Assembly: GCA_963815115.1 (NCBI GenBank)
Contig: CAWFFN010000012.1
Span: forward strand, 844,231-908,230
Direction: 5' to 3'
Length of the DNA: 64,000 nucleotides
Source: an uncultured delta proteobacterium
GTDB lineage: Bacteria > Desulfobacterota > Binatia > DP-6
Part shown: piece by piece, positions 1 to 12,154 of the stretch
Layout: every line of letters begins with the position of its first letter
Numbering within the stretch: the first letter of the stretch is position 1
Position numbers and translations under genes: made by a program
Notes under the pieces: model-generated
The model's input: the letters and a program-made list of their open reading frames with translations, nothing else
The model's database searches: none
What the model was told of the DNA's origin: nothing

Positions 1-1049
1 GCGGCTTCATGCGCGCGTGGGGTGGTCACACGCGCCGCTATCAGACGGACGGCGGCGCCTCCGATCCGGCGCCGCTTCCGCCGGAGACGGTGACGGAGCT
101 GTTCGCCCGCAACCATCCGGACCTCGCCGCCATCCAGGTACCGCTCCTCTCCGCGGGCAACTGGGGAGGGGCGGGTCTCCACCTGCGCGGGAACGTCGAG
201 GGCTATCTCGGCGCCGGCTCGGCGCAGAAGTTCCTGCAGATTCAAGTCGGCGATCACGTGGGCCCGTTCTACTCGCTCGAGGGCCGCCTCGTGCAGCACC
301 GCTTCCTGGAGCACTTCCTGCGGGGCGTCGACACCGGGATCACGCGCGAGCCGCCGATCCGGCTCGCGATCCGGCGCGATCACGACACCTATCGCTGGCG
401 CTACGAGACCGAGTGGCCACTCGCCCGCACGCAGTGGACGGCCGAGTACCTGGACGCCGCGGGTCAGGGCCTCTCGACGATGCGGCCGGACGAGCCGCAC
501 GCGGTGCGCTACGACGCAGAGCCCGGCGCCGCGCCGTCGAGCGTCCGCTTCGCAACCCCCCCGCTCGAGCAGGAGATCGAGGTGACCGGCCCGATCAAGC
601 TCAAGCTGTGGGTCTCGACGACGAGCGACGATGCCGATCTGTTCGCGATCGTGCGCAACCTGCGCCCGGACGGGACGGAGGTCACGTACCCGGGTCCGCA
701 GCCCCAGAGCGAGAGCAAGGTCGCCGTCGCCTACGGCTGGCTGCGGCTGTCACACCGCAAGCTCGACCCGGAGCGCTCGACTGCCTATCGCCCGTATCAC
801 ACCCACGACGAGATCCAGAAGGTACATCCCGGCGAGATCGTGCCGGTCGAGATCGAGATCCTGCCCACCAGCGCGATCTTCGAGCGCGGCCACCGCCTCG
901 TCATCGAGGTCGGCGCCAAGGACGACCCGATCATCTTCTTCCAGCACGACGATCCGCGCGATCGGGTCCAGCGCGGCACGGTCACCCTACATACGGGCGG
1001 AGCGTTCGACGCGCACGCTCTGCTGCCCTTCATTCCGCAGCCGTCATGA
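1..1049 (+). CDS. CocE/NonD family hydrolase, C-terminal part (5' end lies before the window)
   Basis: The frame is open from the window start. It has the WGGxGLHxRGN motif and a PepX/CocE C-terminal domain (F.TPPL..EIEVTGP.KLKLWVS...DADLF, GWLRLSHRKLD, HRLVIEV). Confidence 0.8.
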   Translation, partial: GFMRAWGGHTRRYQTDGGASDPAPLPPETVTELFARNHPDLAAIQVPLLSAGNWGGAGLHLRGNVEGYLGAGSAQKFLQIQVGDHVGPFYSLEGRLVQHRFLEHFLRGVDTGITREPPIRLAIRRDHDTYRWRYETEWPLARTQWTAEYLDAAGQGLSTMRPDEPHAVRYDAEPGAAPSSVRFATPPLEQEIEVTGPIKLKLWVSTTSDDADLFAIVRNLRPDGTEVTYPGPQPQSESKVAVAYGWLRLSHRKLDPERSTAYRPYHTHDEIQKVHPGEIVPVEIEILPTSAIFERGHRLVIEVGAKDDPIIFFQHDDPRDRVQRGTVTLHTGGAFDAHALLPFIPQPS

Positions 1050-2229
1050 CCCGGTCCAGCCAGTCGAGCGCGCGCTGATTGAACACGGCGCGCGCTCCCG
1101 ACTCGCAGTGCGCGCCGGCTCCCTCCGCAGCGGTGAACTGCATGAGCTCCTTCTCGCAGGTGAGGACGTCGAACAGCTTGCGTGCCGTGACCCCGACCTC
1201 GTCGTTCTCCGCCGAGCAGACGAGGGTGGCGCAGGTGATCTTCTCGGCGCGCCCGGCCAGCGTGTAGGCGCCGGTGAGGCGCACGAAGTCCATCGGCGTG
1301 CTCACGCCGTGGACGCGGAGACCGCGCCGGAGCACCCATCCTGCCGTCGGGTGGCGCAGCCGGCGTTGCAGGACGCGGTCGAGCAGCGCGAGGATGTGGC
1401 GATTTCCTCCGTCGAGCCGGCGCGCGACGAACGCCGGCATCCGGCTCGCCAGCTCCTCGCGCAGCGAGTAGTTCCCGGGGTCGGCGATGCAGGCAGCGAT
1501 GCGCCGCTCCGCGCTCGCCGCTCGCGGCGCGAGGTAGCCGCCGAAGCTCATTCCCATGAGCGCGATCGTCCGCGGGTCGACGTCGGAGCGCTCGACGGCG
1601 AAGTCCACGAGCGGCGTGACGACCGACTCCCAATCCGGGCGGAAGACCATGTTGCGCTCGATCAGGGCCTCGCCCTGGCCGGGCCCGTCGAACACGATGC
1701 ACGTGTAGCCGCGCGCGACCGCCGCGGCCCCGCTGAACAGGTACGCCTCCTCGGCGGTGCTGTCGTACCCGCCGACGATGATCAACGTCGGCCGCGGCGC
1801 CGGGTCGGCCGACGCGCGGAGTACCCAGCCGTGGAGCGCGCCGGCCTCGTACGGGATCGCGACGCGCTCCGCCGCCGGACGCATGAGCGCCGCGCCGGCG
1901 GCGAAGGCTTCACGGTGCCGCCGATAGGTCGCGAGCAGCCGTGGCTCCGGCGTCGGCCCGATGAAGAAGGTGTAGGCGGCGCGAAAGTAGTTCGATGCGC
2001 GCAGATATGCGCCGCGGGCACTCACGTGACGTCGTGCCGCAAGGCTTTCCTCGGCGCGTGCGAGCACGCGCTCGGCCATCGCCAGCCACGCCGCGTACCA
2101 GCTCTCGGTGTCCGAGCCGCGCACGGCTCCGGCCACGGCGAGGCATTCGCCGATCTCCGCGCCGCCCGCGCTCGAGTGCCCGGCCGCTCGCAGCCATTGC
2201 GCTTCGAAGAAGGGGTCGTCCAGGATCAT
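1030..2229 (-). CDS. alpha/beta hydrolase (FrsA / 2,6-dihydropseudooxynicotine hydrolase-like)
   Basis: Motifs GGYDSTAEE, FDGPGQG, nucleophile GMSFGG and C-terminal GAGAHC. Convergent 20-nt overlap with the previous gene. Confidence 0.85.
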   Translation of the reverse strand: MILDDPFFEAQWLRAAGHSSAGGAEIGECLAVAGAVRGSDTESWYAAWLAMAERVLARAEESLAARRHVSARGAYLRASNYFRAAYTFFIGPTPEPRLLATYRRHREAFAAGAALMRPAAERVAIPYEAGALHGWVLRASADPAPRPTLIIVGGYDSTAEEAYLFSGAAAVARGYTCIVFDGPGQGEALIERNMVFRPDWESVVTPLVDFAVERSDVDPRTIALMGMSFGGYLAPRAASAERRIAACIADPGNYSLREELASRMPAFVARRLDGGNRHILALLDRVLQRRLRHPTAGWVLRRGLRVHGVSTPMDFVRLTGAYTLAGRAEKITCATLVCSAENDEVGVTARKLFDVLTCEKELMQFTAAEGAGAHCESGARAVFNQRALDWLDRVMTAAE

Positions 2230-2304
2230 CGTCTTCGAACTACCACTCGTCGGATCTCCGCGACCAACGCGGGGCGTTCCGGAGCGAGCGCTGGCGGGCC
2301 GACG

Positions 2305-2970
2305 TCAGGCGCCGTCCACGCGACGGCCGTACCCCCGGGTGCTGGCGAGCAACGCGGGCCGCCTGGGAAGGTGCCGGAGGCCCATCCACGCGAGCGCCGC
2401 CAGGTGGCTCGCCACCGCCTCGGACGGCAGGGGCTTGCGGCTCTCCGTCCACCACTGGCCGACGAAGGCGACCATGCCGACCAGGGCGTGCGCGTAGATC
2501 GGGGCCGCCTTGCGATCGTAGCCCGCGCGCCGGAGCTGCTCCGTGAAGACGGCGCCCACCCGGCCGGCGAGGTCGTACATCAGCCCCGGCATCTCGCCTC
2601 CGCCCTTCAAGGCCGGGGTGTCCCGCAGGAGCATCGTGAAGCCTTCGGGACGCTCTTCCACGTAGTGGAGAAACGCCAGCGCCGCCCGCTCGAGCCGTTC
2701 GCGTGGCGAGCCGGTCGAGATGGCCTCGACGATGCGCTCCACGATGTGCTCCACCTCGCGGTCCACGATCACCGCGTAGAGGCCCTCCTTGCCGCCGAAG
2801 TGCTCGTAGACGATCGGTTTCGTGATGCCGGCGCGCTCGGCGATCTCCTCGACCGACGCCGCTTCGTAGCCGCGCTGGGCGAAGACCAGCCGGCCGACGT
2901 CGACGAGCTGGGCCCGGCGCGCCGAGGCGGCGAGGCGCGGGCGACGACCCGGTGGGGTGGCGCGAGGCAC
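2305..2970 (-). CDS. TetR/AcrR family transcriptional regulator
   Basis: HTH reads GYEAASVEEIAERAGITKPIVYEHFGGKEGL. GTG start at 2970 is preceded by an AAAGGAG Shine-Dalgarno. Confidence 0.92.
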   Translation of the reverse strand: MPRATPPGRRPRLAASARRAQLVDVGRLVFAQRGYEAASVEEIAERAGITKPIVYEHFGGKEGLYAVIVDREVEHIVERIVEAISTGSPRERLERAALAFLHYVEERPEGFTMLLRDTPALKGGGEMPGLMYDLAGRVGAVFTEQLRRAGYDRKAAPIYAHALVGMVAFVGQWWTESRKPLPSEAVASHLAALAWMGLRHLPRRPALLASTRGYGRRVDGA

Positions 2971-2984
2971 GGTTGACTCCTTTC

Positions 2985-3034
2985 CTACGTATGCGTAAGG
3001 TACGCAACCGTAACTTACTCTTACGTGACCGTAA
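2985..3034. promoter_or_regulatory. three tandem palindromic sites (T)TACG-N4-CGTAA, probable TetR operators in the divergent promoter
   Basis: 2985-2998 CTACG-tatg-CGTAA, 3000-3013 GTACG-caac-CGTAA, 3021-3034 TTACG-tgac-CGTAA, all inside an AT-richer intergenic stretch. Confidence 0.7.
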
Positions 3035-3068
3035 CGTAGCACGCTCGGCGTGCGACGAGGAGGATCCC

Positions 3069-3980
3069 GTGACTGCCGTCTCGATTCCCGACTCCCCTGA
3101 CCTGCTCGTGGCCCTGGAGCCCGTGGTGGCCCGTCTGCTCGACCGCCATCTCGCCGCCGCCAAGGAGTGGTTCCCGCACGAGTACGTGCCCTGGGAGTGC
3201 GGGCGCAGCTACGTCGACGAGCCCTGGCAGGAGAGCGACTCGCGCCTGGGCGCCACGGCGCGCATCGCGCTGGAGCTCAACCTGCTCACCGAGGACAACC
3301 TGCCCTCGTACCACCTCGCCCTGTGGCGCCTGTTCGGCGGCGAGGGGGCCTGGGGCCAGTGGGCGCGCCGCTGGACGGCCGAGGAAGGCCGCCACTCGAT
3401 CGCCATCCGCGACTACCTGGTGACGTCGCGGGCGGTGGACCCGGTCGCGCTCGAGCGCGAGCGCATGGAGCACGTGGCGCGAGGGTATGCCCCGCGCGGC
3501 ATCGAAGGCCCCTGCGACGCCCTGGTCTACGTCACGCTCCAGGAGCTGGCCACCCGCATCGCCCACCGCAACACGGGCGCGATCACCGGCGATCCGGTGG
3601 CCGAGCGGCTGCTCGTCCGCGTCGCGCTCGACGAGAACCTGCACCACGCCTTCTATCGCGATCTCGCCGCCGCCGCGATCGAGCTCGACGCCTCCGCCAT
3701 GGTCCTGGCCATCCGGCGCCAGGTCCTCGGCTTCGCGATGCCCGGTCTGGAGCTGCGCGGCTTTCGCGAGCGTGCCATCAGCATCGCGGCGGCCGGCATC
3801 TACGACCTCGGCATCCACCGCGACCAGGTGCTGCGTCCGGTCCTGAAGCACTGGCGGCTGCGCGAGCTGCGCGGGCTGAGCGACGACGCGGAACGCGCGC
3901 GCGACGAGGTGCTCGGGTTCGTCGAGGCTCTGGCCAGGCCCGGCGAGGAGCCGCCCCGGAGCGAGGCGTCCGCGGCGTAG
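3069..3980 (+). CDS. desA: acyl-ACP desaturase (soluble diiron, ferritin-like, mycobacterial DesA-like)
   Basis: Motifs WFPHEYVPW, LLTEDNLPSYH, WTAEEGRH, QELAT and DENLH. GTG start follows GAGGAGG. Confidence 0.88.
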   Translation: MTAVSIPDSPDLLVALEPVVARLLDRHLAAAKEWFPHEYVPWECGRSYVDEPWQESDSRLGATARIALELNLLTEDNLPSYHLALWRLFGGEGAWGQWARRWTAEEGRHSIAIRDYLVTSRAVDPVALERERMEHVARGYAPRGIEGPCDALVYVTLQELATRIAHRNTGAITGDPVAERLLVRVALDENLHHAFYRDLAAAAIELDASAMVLAIRRQVLGFAMPGLELRGFRERAISIAAAGIYDLGIHRDQVLRPVLKHWRLRELRGLSDDAERARDEVLGFVEALARPGEEPPRSEASAA

Positions 3981-4405
3981 CGGGGCGAAGGGGACGGCGC
4001 GAGATCCGGCTGTCGATACCGAAGCCGGGAGGCTGGTCGCGCGCCGTCTCCGCCACGAAACCCGACCCTAGTACTTGGCCGACAACCAGACGCTCAGCGC
4101 ACGGCGGCAGTCGTGGTACGCGCAGCCGAACGACGACGCGTCGGTCTCCTTCTGCGACCCGTCTGCGCGGGCGCACCGGACATACGCGCAATCGCGCCGG
4201 GCGGTTGCGACGTCGGAGGCTCATTCCCGTACGGCATGTCCCGCCGGGACAGCCATGGAGACGAGGATGACGAGGCCGCCCCCATGGACACATCGAGGGA
4301 TCCACCGCGCGGACCTGCGCGTAGAGCACCTACAAAACGGACTCACGCGCGACGGATGCCTTCGACCCCGCGCCGTGTGCCCACCCTCGCAAGGAGAACG
4401 TACTC

Positions 4406-4951
4406 ATGCCCACGATCTCGCGTCTCGCGATCGGCGACGCCGTCACCGTACAATTCGTCATGGCGATGCTCTTCGGCTCGGCGAGCCTGTGGGCGCCGAT
4501 TGCCCGGGCCGCGCCGGCGGCGCTGGAACCTCCCGCCGTCTGCGTCAGCGCCCAGCCTGCGGCGATCTCCGCGGCGTCCGCGCTCGCGAAGAAGGATGCC
4601 GCGACGCGCTTCGCCGGCGACGCGTTCGTCCGCACCGAGCTGTACTTCGGCAGCGAGCGTCCCGACCTTCCAGAGGTGAGCCCCGAGGAATTCAAGCAGT
4701 TCCTCGACGTCGCGGTGACGCCCTGCTTTCCCGACGGTCTCACGTTGCTCACGGGGAAAGGTCAGTTCCGCGAGTCCGACGGTCGGATCGTCCAGGAGAC
4801 CAGCTTCGTCCTCGTGCTGCTCTATCCGCTGGACGGTCGAAAGGAGAGCAACGTCAAGATCGAGGCGCTCCGGACGCTCTACAAGGATCACTTCCAGCAG
4901 GAGTCCGTGCTGCGGGTGGACGATCCCCGGGCGGTGCGGGTCGGGTTCTAG
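4406..4951 (+). CDS. DUF3574 domain secreted protein
   Basis: Hydrophobic N-terminus, then RTELYFG, F..FLD..VTP.FPDGLT..G.GQF and Y...FQQESVLRV. AAGGAG SD. Confidence 0.8.
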   Translation: MPTISRLAIGDAVTVQFVMAMLFGSASLWAPIARAAPAALEPPAVCVSAQPAAISAASALAKKDAATRFAGDAFVRTELYFGSERPDLPEVSPEEFKQFLDVAVTPCFPDGLTLLTGKGQFRESDGRIVQETSFVLVLLYPLDGRKESNVKIEALRTLYKDHFQQESVLRVDDPRAVRVGF

Positions 4952-5034
4952 CGGCAAGTGCCGGCGCGGCGCGCGCCAGCGAGCTGGCGGGAGATTGGCT
5001 TGCAGGCGCCGCGTGCTCCGCGTTAGAGCACGGC

Positions 5035-6666
5035 ATGGGGTCGATCTCGTTCGAGACCCATCCGTCGCGCTACCGGCACTGGCAGCTCGACGTGCAGGGC
5101 GACGTCGCGACCCTGGCGATGCACGTAGCCGAGGACGGAGGACTCGTTCCCGGCTACGCGTTGAAGCTCAACTCCTACGATCTCGGCGTCGACATCGAGC
5201 TCGCCGACGCGATCCAGCGCCTGCGCTTCTCGCACCCCGAGGTCCGTGCGCTGGTCATCACCTCGCGGCGCGACCGTGTGTTCTCGGCCGGCGCGAACAT
5301 CTTCATGCTCGGACGGAGCTCGCACGCGTTCAAGGTGAACTTCTGCAAGTTCACGAACGAGACACGGCTCCATCTCGAGGAGGCGAGCCGTGAGTCGGGC
5401 ATCGCGACCCTCTGTGCGCTGAACGGCACCGCCTCGGGGGGTGGCTACGAGCTGGCGCTCGCCTGCGACGAGATCGTGCTGGTCGACGACGGCTCGGCCG
5501 CCGTATCGCTTCCGGAGGTCGCGCTGCTCGGCGTCCTCCCGGGCACCGGCGGGCTCACGCGCGTCGTCGACAAGCGGAAGGTGCGCCGCGATCGCGCCGA
5601 TTTCTTCTCGACGACCGCCGAGGGCGTGCGCGGGCAGCGCGCGGCCGAGTGGCAGCTCGTGGACGAGGCGGTGCCGCGGTCGCGGTTCGAGGAGCGGGTG
5701 CGCGAGCGGGCCGCGACGCTGGCACGGCGAAGCGACCGGCCTGCCGGGACCGGCATCGAGCTGCCGGCTCTTCGCCGCCGGGAGACGCCGGACGGCATCG
5801 AGTACGGTCACGTGACGCTGGCGCTCGACCGCGCCCGGCGGGTGGCGACGCTGGCGGTGCGTGCGCCCGCTGGACGGGAGCCCGCGAGCCCGGAGGACTT
5901 CCTGCGGACGGGCGCCGATGCGTGGGCGATCGCCGCCTGGCGCGAGCTCGACGACGCGATCCTCCATCTGCGGCTGAACGAGCCCGAGGCGGGGCTGGTG
6001 CTGCTGCGCACCGAGGGTGATGCGCGGGCGGTGCTCGCCGTCGACGGCGCGGTGGCCGGGCACCGCGGGCACTGGCTGGTGCGCGAGATCCTTCTGCTCC
6101 AGCGTCGGGTGCTCAAGCGGATCGACCTGACGGCGCGTTCCTTCTACGCGCTGATCACTCCCGGCTCGGCCTTCGCGGGGTCGCTGCTCGAGCTCGCACT
6201 GGCCGCGGATCGCTCCTACATGCTCGCGGATGACGCCAGCTCGATCGCCCTGTCACCGCTGAACCGCGGCCTCCTGCCGATGAGCTCCGGCCTGTCGCGG
6301 CTCGAGGCGCGCTTCTACGGACACGACGAGCGCGTGGCGAGCCTCGTCGCGCACGAGGGCGCGTTCGGTGCCGGGGAGGCGCTCGAAGCGGGCCTCGTCA
6401 CCTTCGCGCCCGACGAGCTCGACTGGGACGAGGAGGTGCGGCTCGCCGTCGAGGAGCGCGCCGCGATGAATCCGGACGCGCTCACGGGCATGGAGGCGAG
6501 TCTCCGCTTCGTCGGGCCGGAGACGATCGAGACGAAGATCTTCGGGCGGCTCTCGGCCTGGCAGAACTGGATCTTCACGCGTCCGAACGCCACCGGTGAG
6601 AAGGGCGCGCTCACCGTATACGGGAAGGCGGGGCAAAGGCCGGAGTTCGACTGGCGGCGCACGTGA
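5035..6666 (+). CDS. boxC: benzoyl-CoA-dihydrodiol lyase / 2,3-epoxybenzoyl-CoA dihydrolase
   Basis: Motifs F.THPSRYRHW, LKLNSYDLGVDIEL.DA.QRLRF.HPEV, KVNFCKFTNETR and ETKIFGRLSAWQNWIF. True start is the ATG at 5035. Confidence 0.95.
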   Translation: MGSISFETHPSRYRHWQLDVQGDVATLAMHVAEDGGLVPGYALKLNSYDLGVDIELADAIQRLRFSHPEVRALVITSRRDRVFSAGANIFMLGRSSHAFKVNFCKFTNETRLHLEEASRESGIATLCALNGTASGGGYELALACDEIVLVDDGSAAVSLPEVALLGVLPGTGGLTRVVDKRKVRRDRADFFSTTAEGVRGQRAAEWQLVDEAVPRSRFEERVRERAATLARRSDRPAGTGIELPALRRRETPDGIEYGHVTLALDRARRVATLAVRAPAGREPASPEDFLRTGADAWAIAAWRELDDAILHLRLNEPEAGLVLLRTEGDARAVLAVDGAVAGHRGHWLVREILLLQRRVLKRIDLTARSFYALITPGSAFAGSLLELALAADRSYMLADDASSIALSPLNRGLLPMSSGLSRLEARFYGHDERVASLVAHEGAFGAGEALEAGLVTFAPDELDWDEEVRLAVEERAAMNPDALTGMEASLRFVGPETIETKIFGRLSAWQNWIFTRPNATGEKGALTVYGKAGQRPEFDWRRT

Positions 6667-6679
6667 GGAGATCGGACCG

Positions 6680-8091
<1,412 letters not shown>

Positions 8092-8092
<1 letters not shown>

Positions 8093-9621
8093 TGCCGAAC
8101 GCCGCGCAGGAGATCCTCCGCGCCGGCGACGACGCGTCCGTCGCGCTCCGCGTGCACGCGGACGAGCGGCGGCTCGCCATGACGCGCGGCGAGCTCCGCC
8201 GTCTCGTGCGGCGGACGGCCGCGGCGCTCGCCCGCCGGGGGGTCGCGGAGGAGCAGCGGGTGATGGTCGCCCTCCCCGATGGTGCGGAGTACGTGGAGGC
8301 GGTCCTCGGCGCGATGTGGAACGGCAGCGTCCCGGTCCTGGTGAGCCCGTTCCTTCCGAGCGACGGCTATGCCGCCTTCCTCGACGAGAGCCGCGCGCGG
8401 GCCGTCGTCACGACGGAGCCGATCGCGGAGGCGCTGCGCGCGCGCGTGGCCGGCGGCCGCGCCGTCGCCGTCCTGACGGTGCGCGGCGACGGCGGCGGGA
8501 CGTTTCGCGAGGCGCTCGAAGGCGAGGGCTCCGGGGCGGAGCCCTTTCCCGCCGACGGCGACGATCCGGCGCTCTGGCTCTACAGCTCCGGCACGACGGG
8601 TCGGCCGAAGGGTGTCGTCCACCTGCATCGAGGCGTGCTGCACGCGATAGGGAGCTACGGCGCGCGCGTGCTCGAGACGACGGGTCGCGACGTCTCCTAC
8701 GCGACCTCCAAGCTGTTCTTCGCGTACGGCCTGGGCGCCGGCCTCTACTTCCCGCTCGCCGCCGGCGGCGCGGCCGTGCTGTCGCCCGAGCCCTTCACCC
8801 CCGCGCGGTCGTGGCGCATCCTCCTCGAAGAACGGCCGTCGCTCTTGTTCTCGGTTCCGGCCGCATACCGCGCGCTCCTCGAGCATGCGCCGGCGGGGGC
8901 GCCCGCGGCGCTGGCAGGCGTGCGCCGCTTCGTGTGCGCGGGCGAGGCGCTTCCGGAGGCGCTGGCGCGGGCCTGGAAGGAGCGCTTCGGCGTCGAGCTG
9001 CTGAACGGCCTGGGCTCGACCGAGTCGCTGCACATCTTCCTGTCGGCGCGGCCGGGGCGCTGCCGTCCGGGCACGGTGGGACATCCCGTTCCCGGCTACG
9101 AGGTCGAGATCGTGGACGGGGAGGGCGCCGCCGTCGCGTGCGGGACCCCGGGCGTCCTGCGGGTGCGGGGAGGCAGCATCGCCGCCGGGTACTGGCAGCG
9201 CCGCGAGGCGACCGTGCGCGGGTTCGCCGGGGGGTGGCTCACGACCGGGGATCAGGCCGTGCGGGATGCCGACGGCGCGTTCCGCATCCTCGGGCGCACC
9301 GACGACATGCTGAAGGTGTCGGGGCAGTGGGTCTCGCCGCTCGAGGTCGAAGCCGTCGTCGTGGCGGTCCCGGGCGTCAGCGAATGCGGGGTCGTCGGCG
9401 TCCCGGGCGACGGCGGTCTGACCGAGCTGGTGGCCTGCGTGGTCGGCGCGCTCGACGAGGCGGAGGAGGTCCGTGCCCGCATCGACGCCGCGTGCAGCGA
9501 GCAGCTCCCACGCTTCAAGCGGCCGAAGCGCGTCGTTCTCTTCGAGGCGCTGCCGCGCACGGCGACCGGCAAGCTGCAGCGATTCGCGCTGCGCGACGCG
9601 GTCACGCGGGCGGACCATTGA
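8092..9621 (+). CDS. benzoate-CoA ligase family protein
   Basis: AMP-binding motif YSSGTTGRPKG, plus KLFFAYGLG, GLGSTE.LHIFLS, GRTDDMLKVSG.WVSP and TATGKLQRF. TGATG coupling to boxB. Confidence 0.9.
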
Positions 9622-10014
9622 TCATGAGCCGGTGAGCCGCGGCTTCGGTTTCCGCCGCCGGGTGGCCACCGCGGCCACGCCGTTCCTCCTCGCGCACCCG
9701 AAGAGCCTGCAGGACCATCCGCCCTCGCAGGGCGCGGACACGCTCAGCATGCGCGAAGCGATCGAGACGTGCCCGTCTTGAATGGGAGGAGGAATGATCG
9801 TACTGGGTCCCCAGAGCAGCCGATCGATGCCGGCTGCCGGGACACGGGATAGCTGTCCAGCGCTAGACCATCTCTGCTCCGCTTCGAAGGCGGCCTCGTC
9901 AATGCATGTTTCGGTGCATGACGCGCTCCCCGGATCGGGACGCGCCCAGAGCGTGGTATCGTCGTTGGGCCCAACCGAAGCGCACGGTCTCGCGCGCGTT
10001 CGATGGAGGGGCAC

Positions 10015-11166
10015 ATGGCTGACCTTGCGAGCACCATCAATAGCTTCCTGACACCCGACATGATCCAGAAGGTGGCCGCGCTCGCCGGCGAGAGTCCGGC
10101 GGCCACGCAGAAGAGCGCGGGGATCGCCGTTCCGACGATCCTCTCCGGGCTCGCCGGCCTGGCCTCGTCCGACACCGGGGCGTCCCAGCTGATCAACCTG
10201 ATCAGTCGCCTCGGGGGGGACGGCAGCCTGCTGAACGACCTGGGGGCGCTCCTGGGCGGCGGACCGGCCTCGCAGTCCACGATGAATGCCGGACGTGAGG
10301 GGCTGCAGACCATCTTCGGCGGCAAGCTGGGCAGCGTCGTCGAGGCCATCGCGGGGGCGAGCGGCGCCAAGTCGCAGTCGATCTCCTCGCTGCTGAGTCT
10401 GCTCTTGCCGATGGTCCTCGCCTTCCTCGGCCGCGAGCGCAAGGCGGGCGGCCTCGACGCCGGGGGCCTGGCCAGCTTGCTGCGCAACCAACGTGGCTCC
10501 TGGGCGGGGTTGCTGCCGGCGGCCGTCTCGGCCCAGCTGGGCGCCGGGCCGGCTGCGACGGCGCGGCCGGCGGTTCCGCTGCCTCCGCCGGCGCCGACCA
10601 GCTCTCCACTCCGCTGGCTCATCCCGGTCGTCCTGCTCGGGTTGCTCGGCGCATGGCTGGCGCAGCGCGGCTGCGGCGAGACTGCGCGCCAGGCAGCCAC
10701 GACCACGCAGGAGCGCCTGTCGCGCCTGTCGCTACCGGGCGGCGTCGCCCTCGACGTGAGAGAAGGCGGCTTCAGCGACAGCCTGGCGCGCTTCCTGGCC
10801 AATACCGCCGACACCACCGTGCCGCGCACGTTCATCTTCGACGATCTGAACTTCGAGACCGGCAGCGCCGCGCTCAAGCCGGAGTCGAAACGCGTCGTCG
10901 ATGACCTCATCGTCATCATGAAGGCCTACCCGACGTCGCGGGGTCGCCTCGAGGGGCACACCGACAACACCGGCGACGCGGGCGCCAACAAGGCGCTCTC
11001 CGAGGCACGCGCGCGCAGTGTGCGCGATACCATGGTGTCGGGGGGGGTCGATGCCGGCCGCCTCGAGGCCGCGGGATTCGGCCAGGAGCGGCCCATCGCC
11101 CCGAACGACACCGACACGGGCCGCGCGAAGAATCGCCGCACCGAGCTGGTCATCACGGGCAAGTAG
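10015..11166 (+). CDS. OmpA family protein with N-terminal DUF937-like domain and one TM helix
   Basis: C-terminal OmpA domain (F.TGSA, EGHTDNTG, N.ALSEARA.SV, G.GQERPIAPNDT..GRAKNRRTEL). GGAGG SD before the ATG at 10015. Confidence 0.88.
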   Translation: MADLASTINSFLTPDMIQKVAALAGESPAATQKSAGIAVPTILSGLAGLASSDTGASQLINLISRLGGDGSLLNDLGALLGGGPASQSTMNAGREGLQTIFGGKLGSVVEAIAGASGAKSQSISSLLSLLLPMVLAFLGRERKAGGLDAGGLASLLRNQRGSWAGLLPAAVSAQLGAGPAATARPAVPLPPPAPTSSPLRWLIPVVLLGLLGAWLAQRGCGETARQAATTTQERLSRLSLPGGVALDVREGGFSDSLARFLANTADTTVPRTFIFDDLNFETGSAALKPESKRVVDDLIVIMKAYPTSRGRLEGHTDNTGDAGANKALSEARARSVRDTMVSGGVDAGRLEAAGFGQERPIAPNDTDTGRAKNRRTELVITGK

Positions 11167-11436
11167 CAGCGATCCGGACGCGACCGGCCATGCTCGCCGG
11201 CATCATGGCTGGCCGCCCCTCCGGCCACCCTTGTAACAGCAAGGTGCTTCGTCCTAGAGCCAGCTCACGCATCCGACAGGGGGAGGGCCCGACGTTGACC
11301 GTGCCCTGGTGGACCATTCTGCAGCAGACCGTGACACCCACGCGCGCCGGCTTCGGCCGCCTCGCCGCAGAAGCGACGGTGGTCTCCATCGACCGTGCTC
11401 CGCCCGCGGCATCGCGATAGTGCGGGGTGGTGTGGG

Positions 11437-12144
11437 ATGGCTCCACTCCCCGCCCGGAGGCGATCGAGGTCCGGCCGCCTCCTGCGCTCGCACCTCGGCG
11501 GCCTGCTGCGGTGGGCGCTCCCGCGTCTGGTCGCGCTGCTGTCCTACGCGATCTTCCGGACGTGCCGCGTGCGCTTCCTGGGCAAGCACCACGAGGATCA
11601 GTTCGTGCTCGCCGGACGGCAGATCATCTTCGCCGGTTTGCACGAAGGCATGATGATGCTGCCGTATCACTTTCGCGATCGCGCGGGCGGCGTCGTGATG
11701 GTGAGTGGGAGTCGGGACGGCGACATCATCGCCGACACGGTCGAGCGCTTTGGCATGCGGGCGGTCCGTGGCTCGAGCGGCCGCGGCGGCAAGGATGCCC
11801 TCGACGCGATGGTCGAGGCGCTCCACGACGGCGGAGTCAGCGCCGGCGTCATCGTCGACGGACCGCGCGGGCCGGCGCTCGAGGCCAAGACCGGCGCGCT
11901 CGTGCTGGCGCGGGCGACCGGGCTACCCGTCGTCGCCGGCACGTGGTGGGCGCGGCCGCTCCTGCGCGTGCGGTCGTGGGACCACACGATCGTACCGCTC
12001 CCCTTCTCGCGCATCGTCTTCGCTTTCGCGCCCGCCTTGTTCGTGGGCCCGACCGCGAGTGATGCCGCGCTGGAGGAGGCGCGAATCGATCTCACGCGCC
12101 GACTGGGGGAGGCACGGGCCGAGGCGCAGGCCGCCTGCGCGTAG
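11437..12144 (+). CDS. DUF374 / lysophospholipid acyltransferase-like protein
   Basis: Motifs S.SRDGD.IA, VRGSS.RGG, DGPRGP and SWD...VP.PFSR. Confidence 0.8.
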   Translation: MAPLPARRRSRSGRLLRSHLGGLLRWALPRLVALLSYAIFRTCRVRFLGKHHEDQFVLAGRQIIFAGLHEGMMMLPYHFRDRAGGVVMVSGSRDGDIIADTVERFGMRAVRGSSGRGGKDALDAMVEALHDGGVSAGVIVDGPRGPALEAKTGALVLARATGLPVVAGTWWARPLLRVRSWDHTIVPLPFSRIVFAFAPALFVGPTASDAALEEARIDLTRRLGEARAEAQAACA

Positions 12145-12154
12145 CTCCGGTCTC

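Noticed and set aside
4070-4345. Minus-strand frame with a hydrophobic stretch, an in-frame TGA and a Cys-rich tail (possible selenoprotein or pseudogene)
   Set aside because: No convincing start or SD, no recognisable family and no clear SECIS hairpin.
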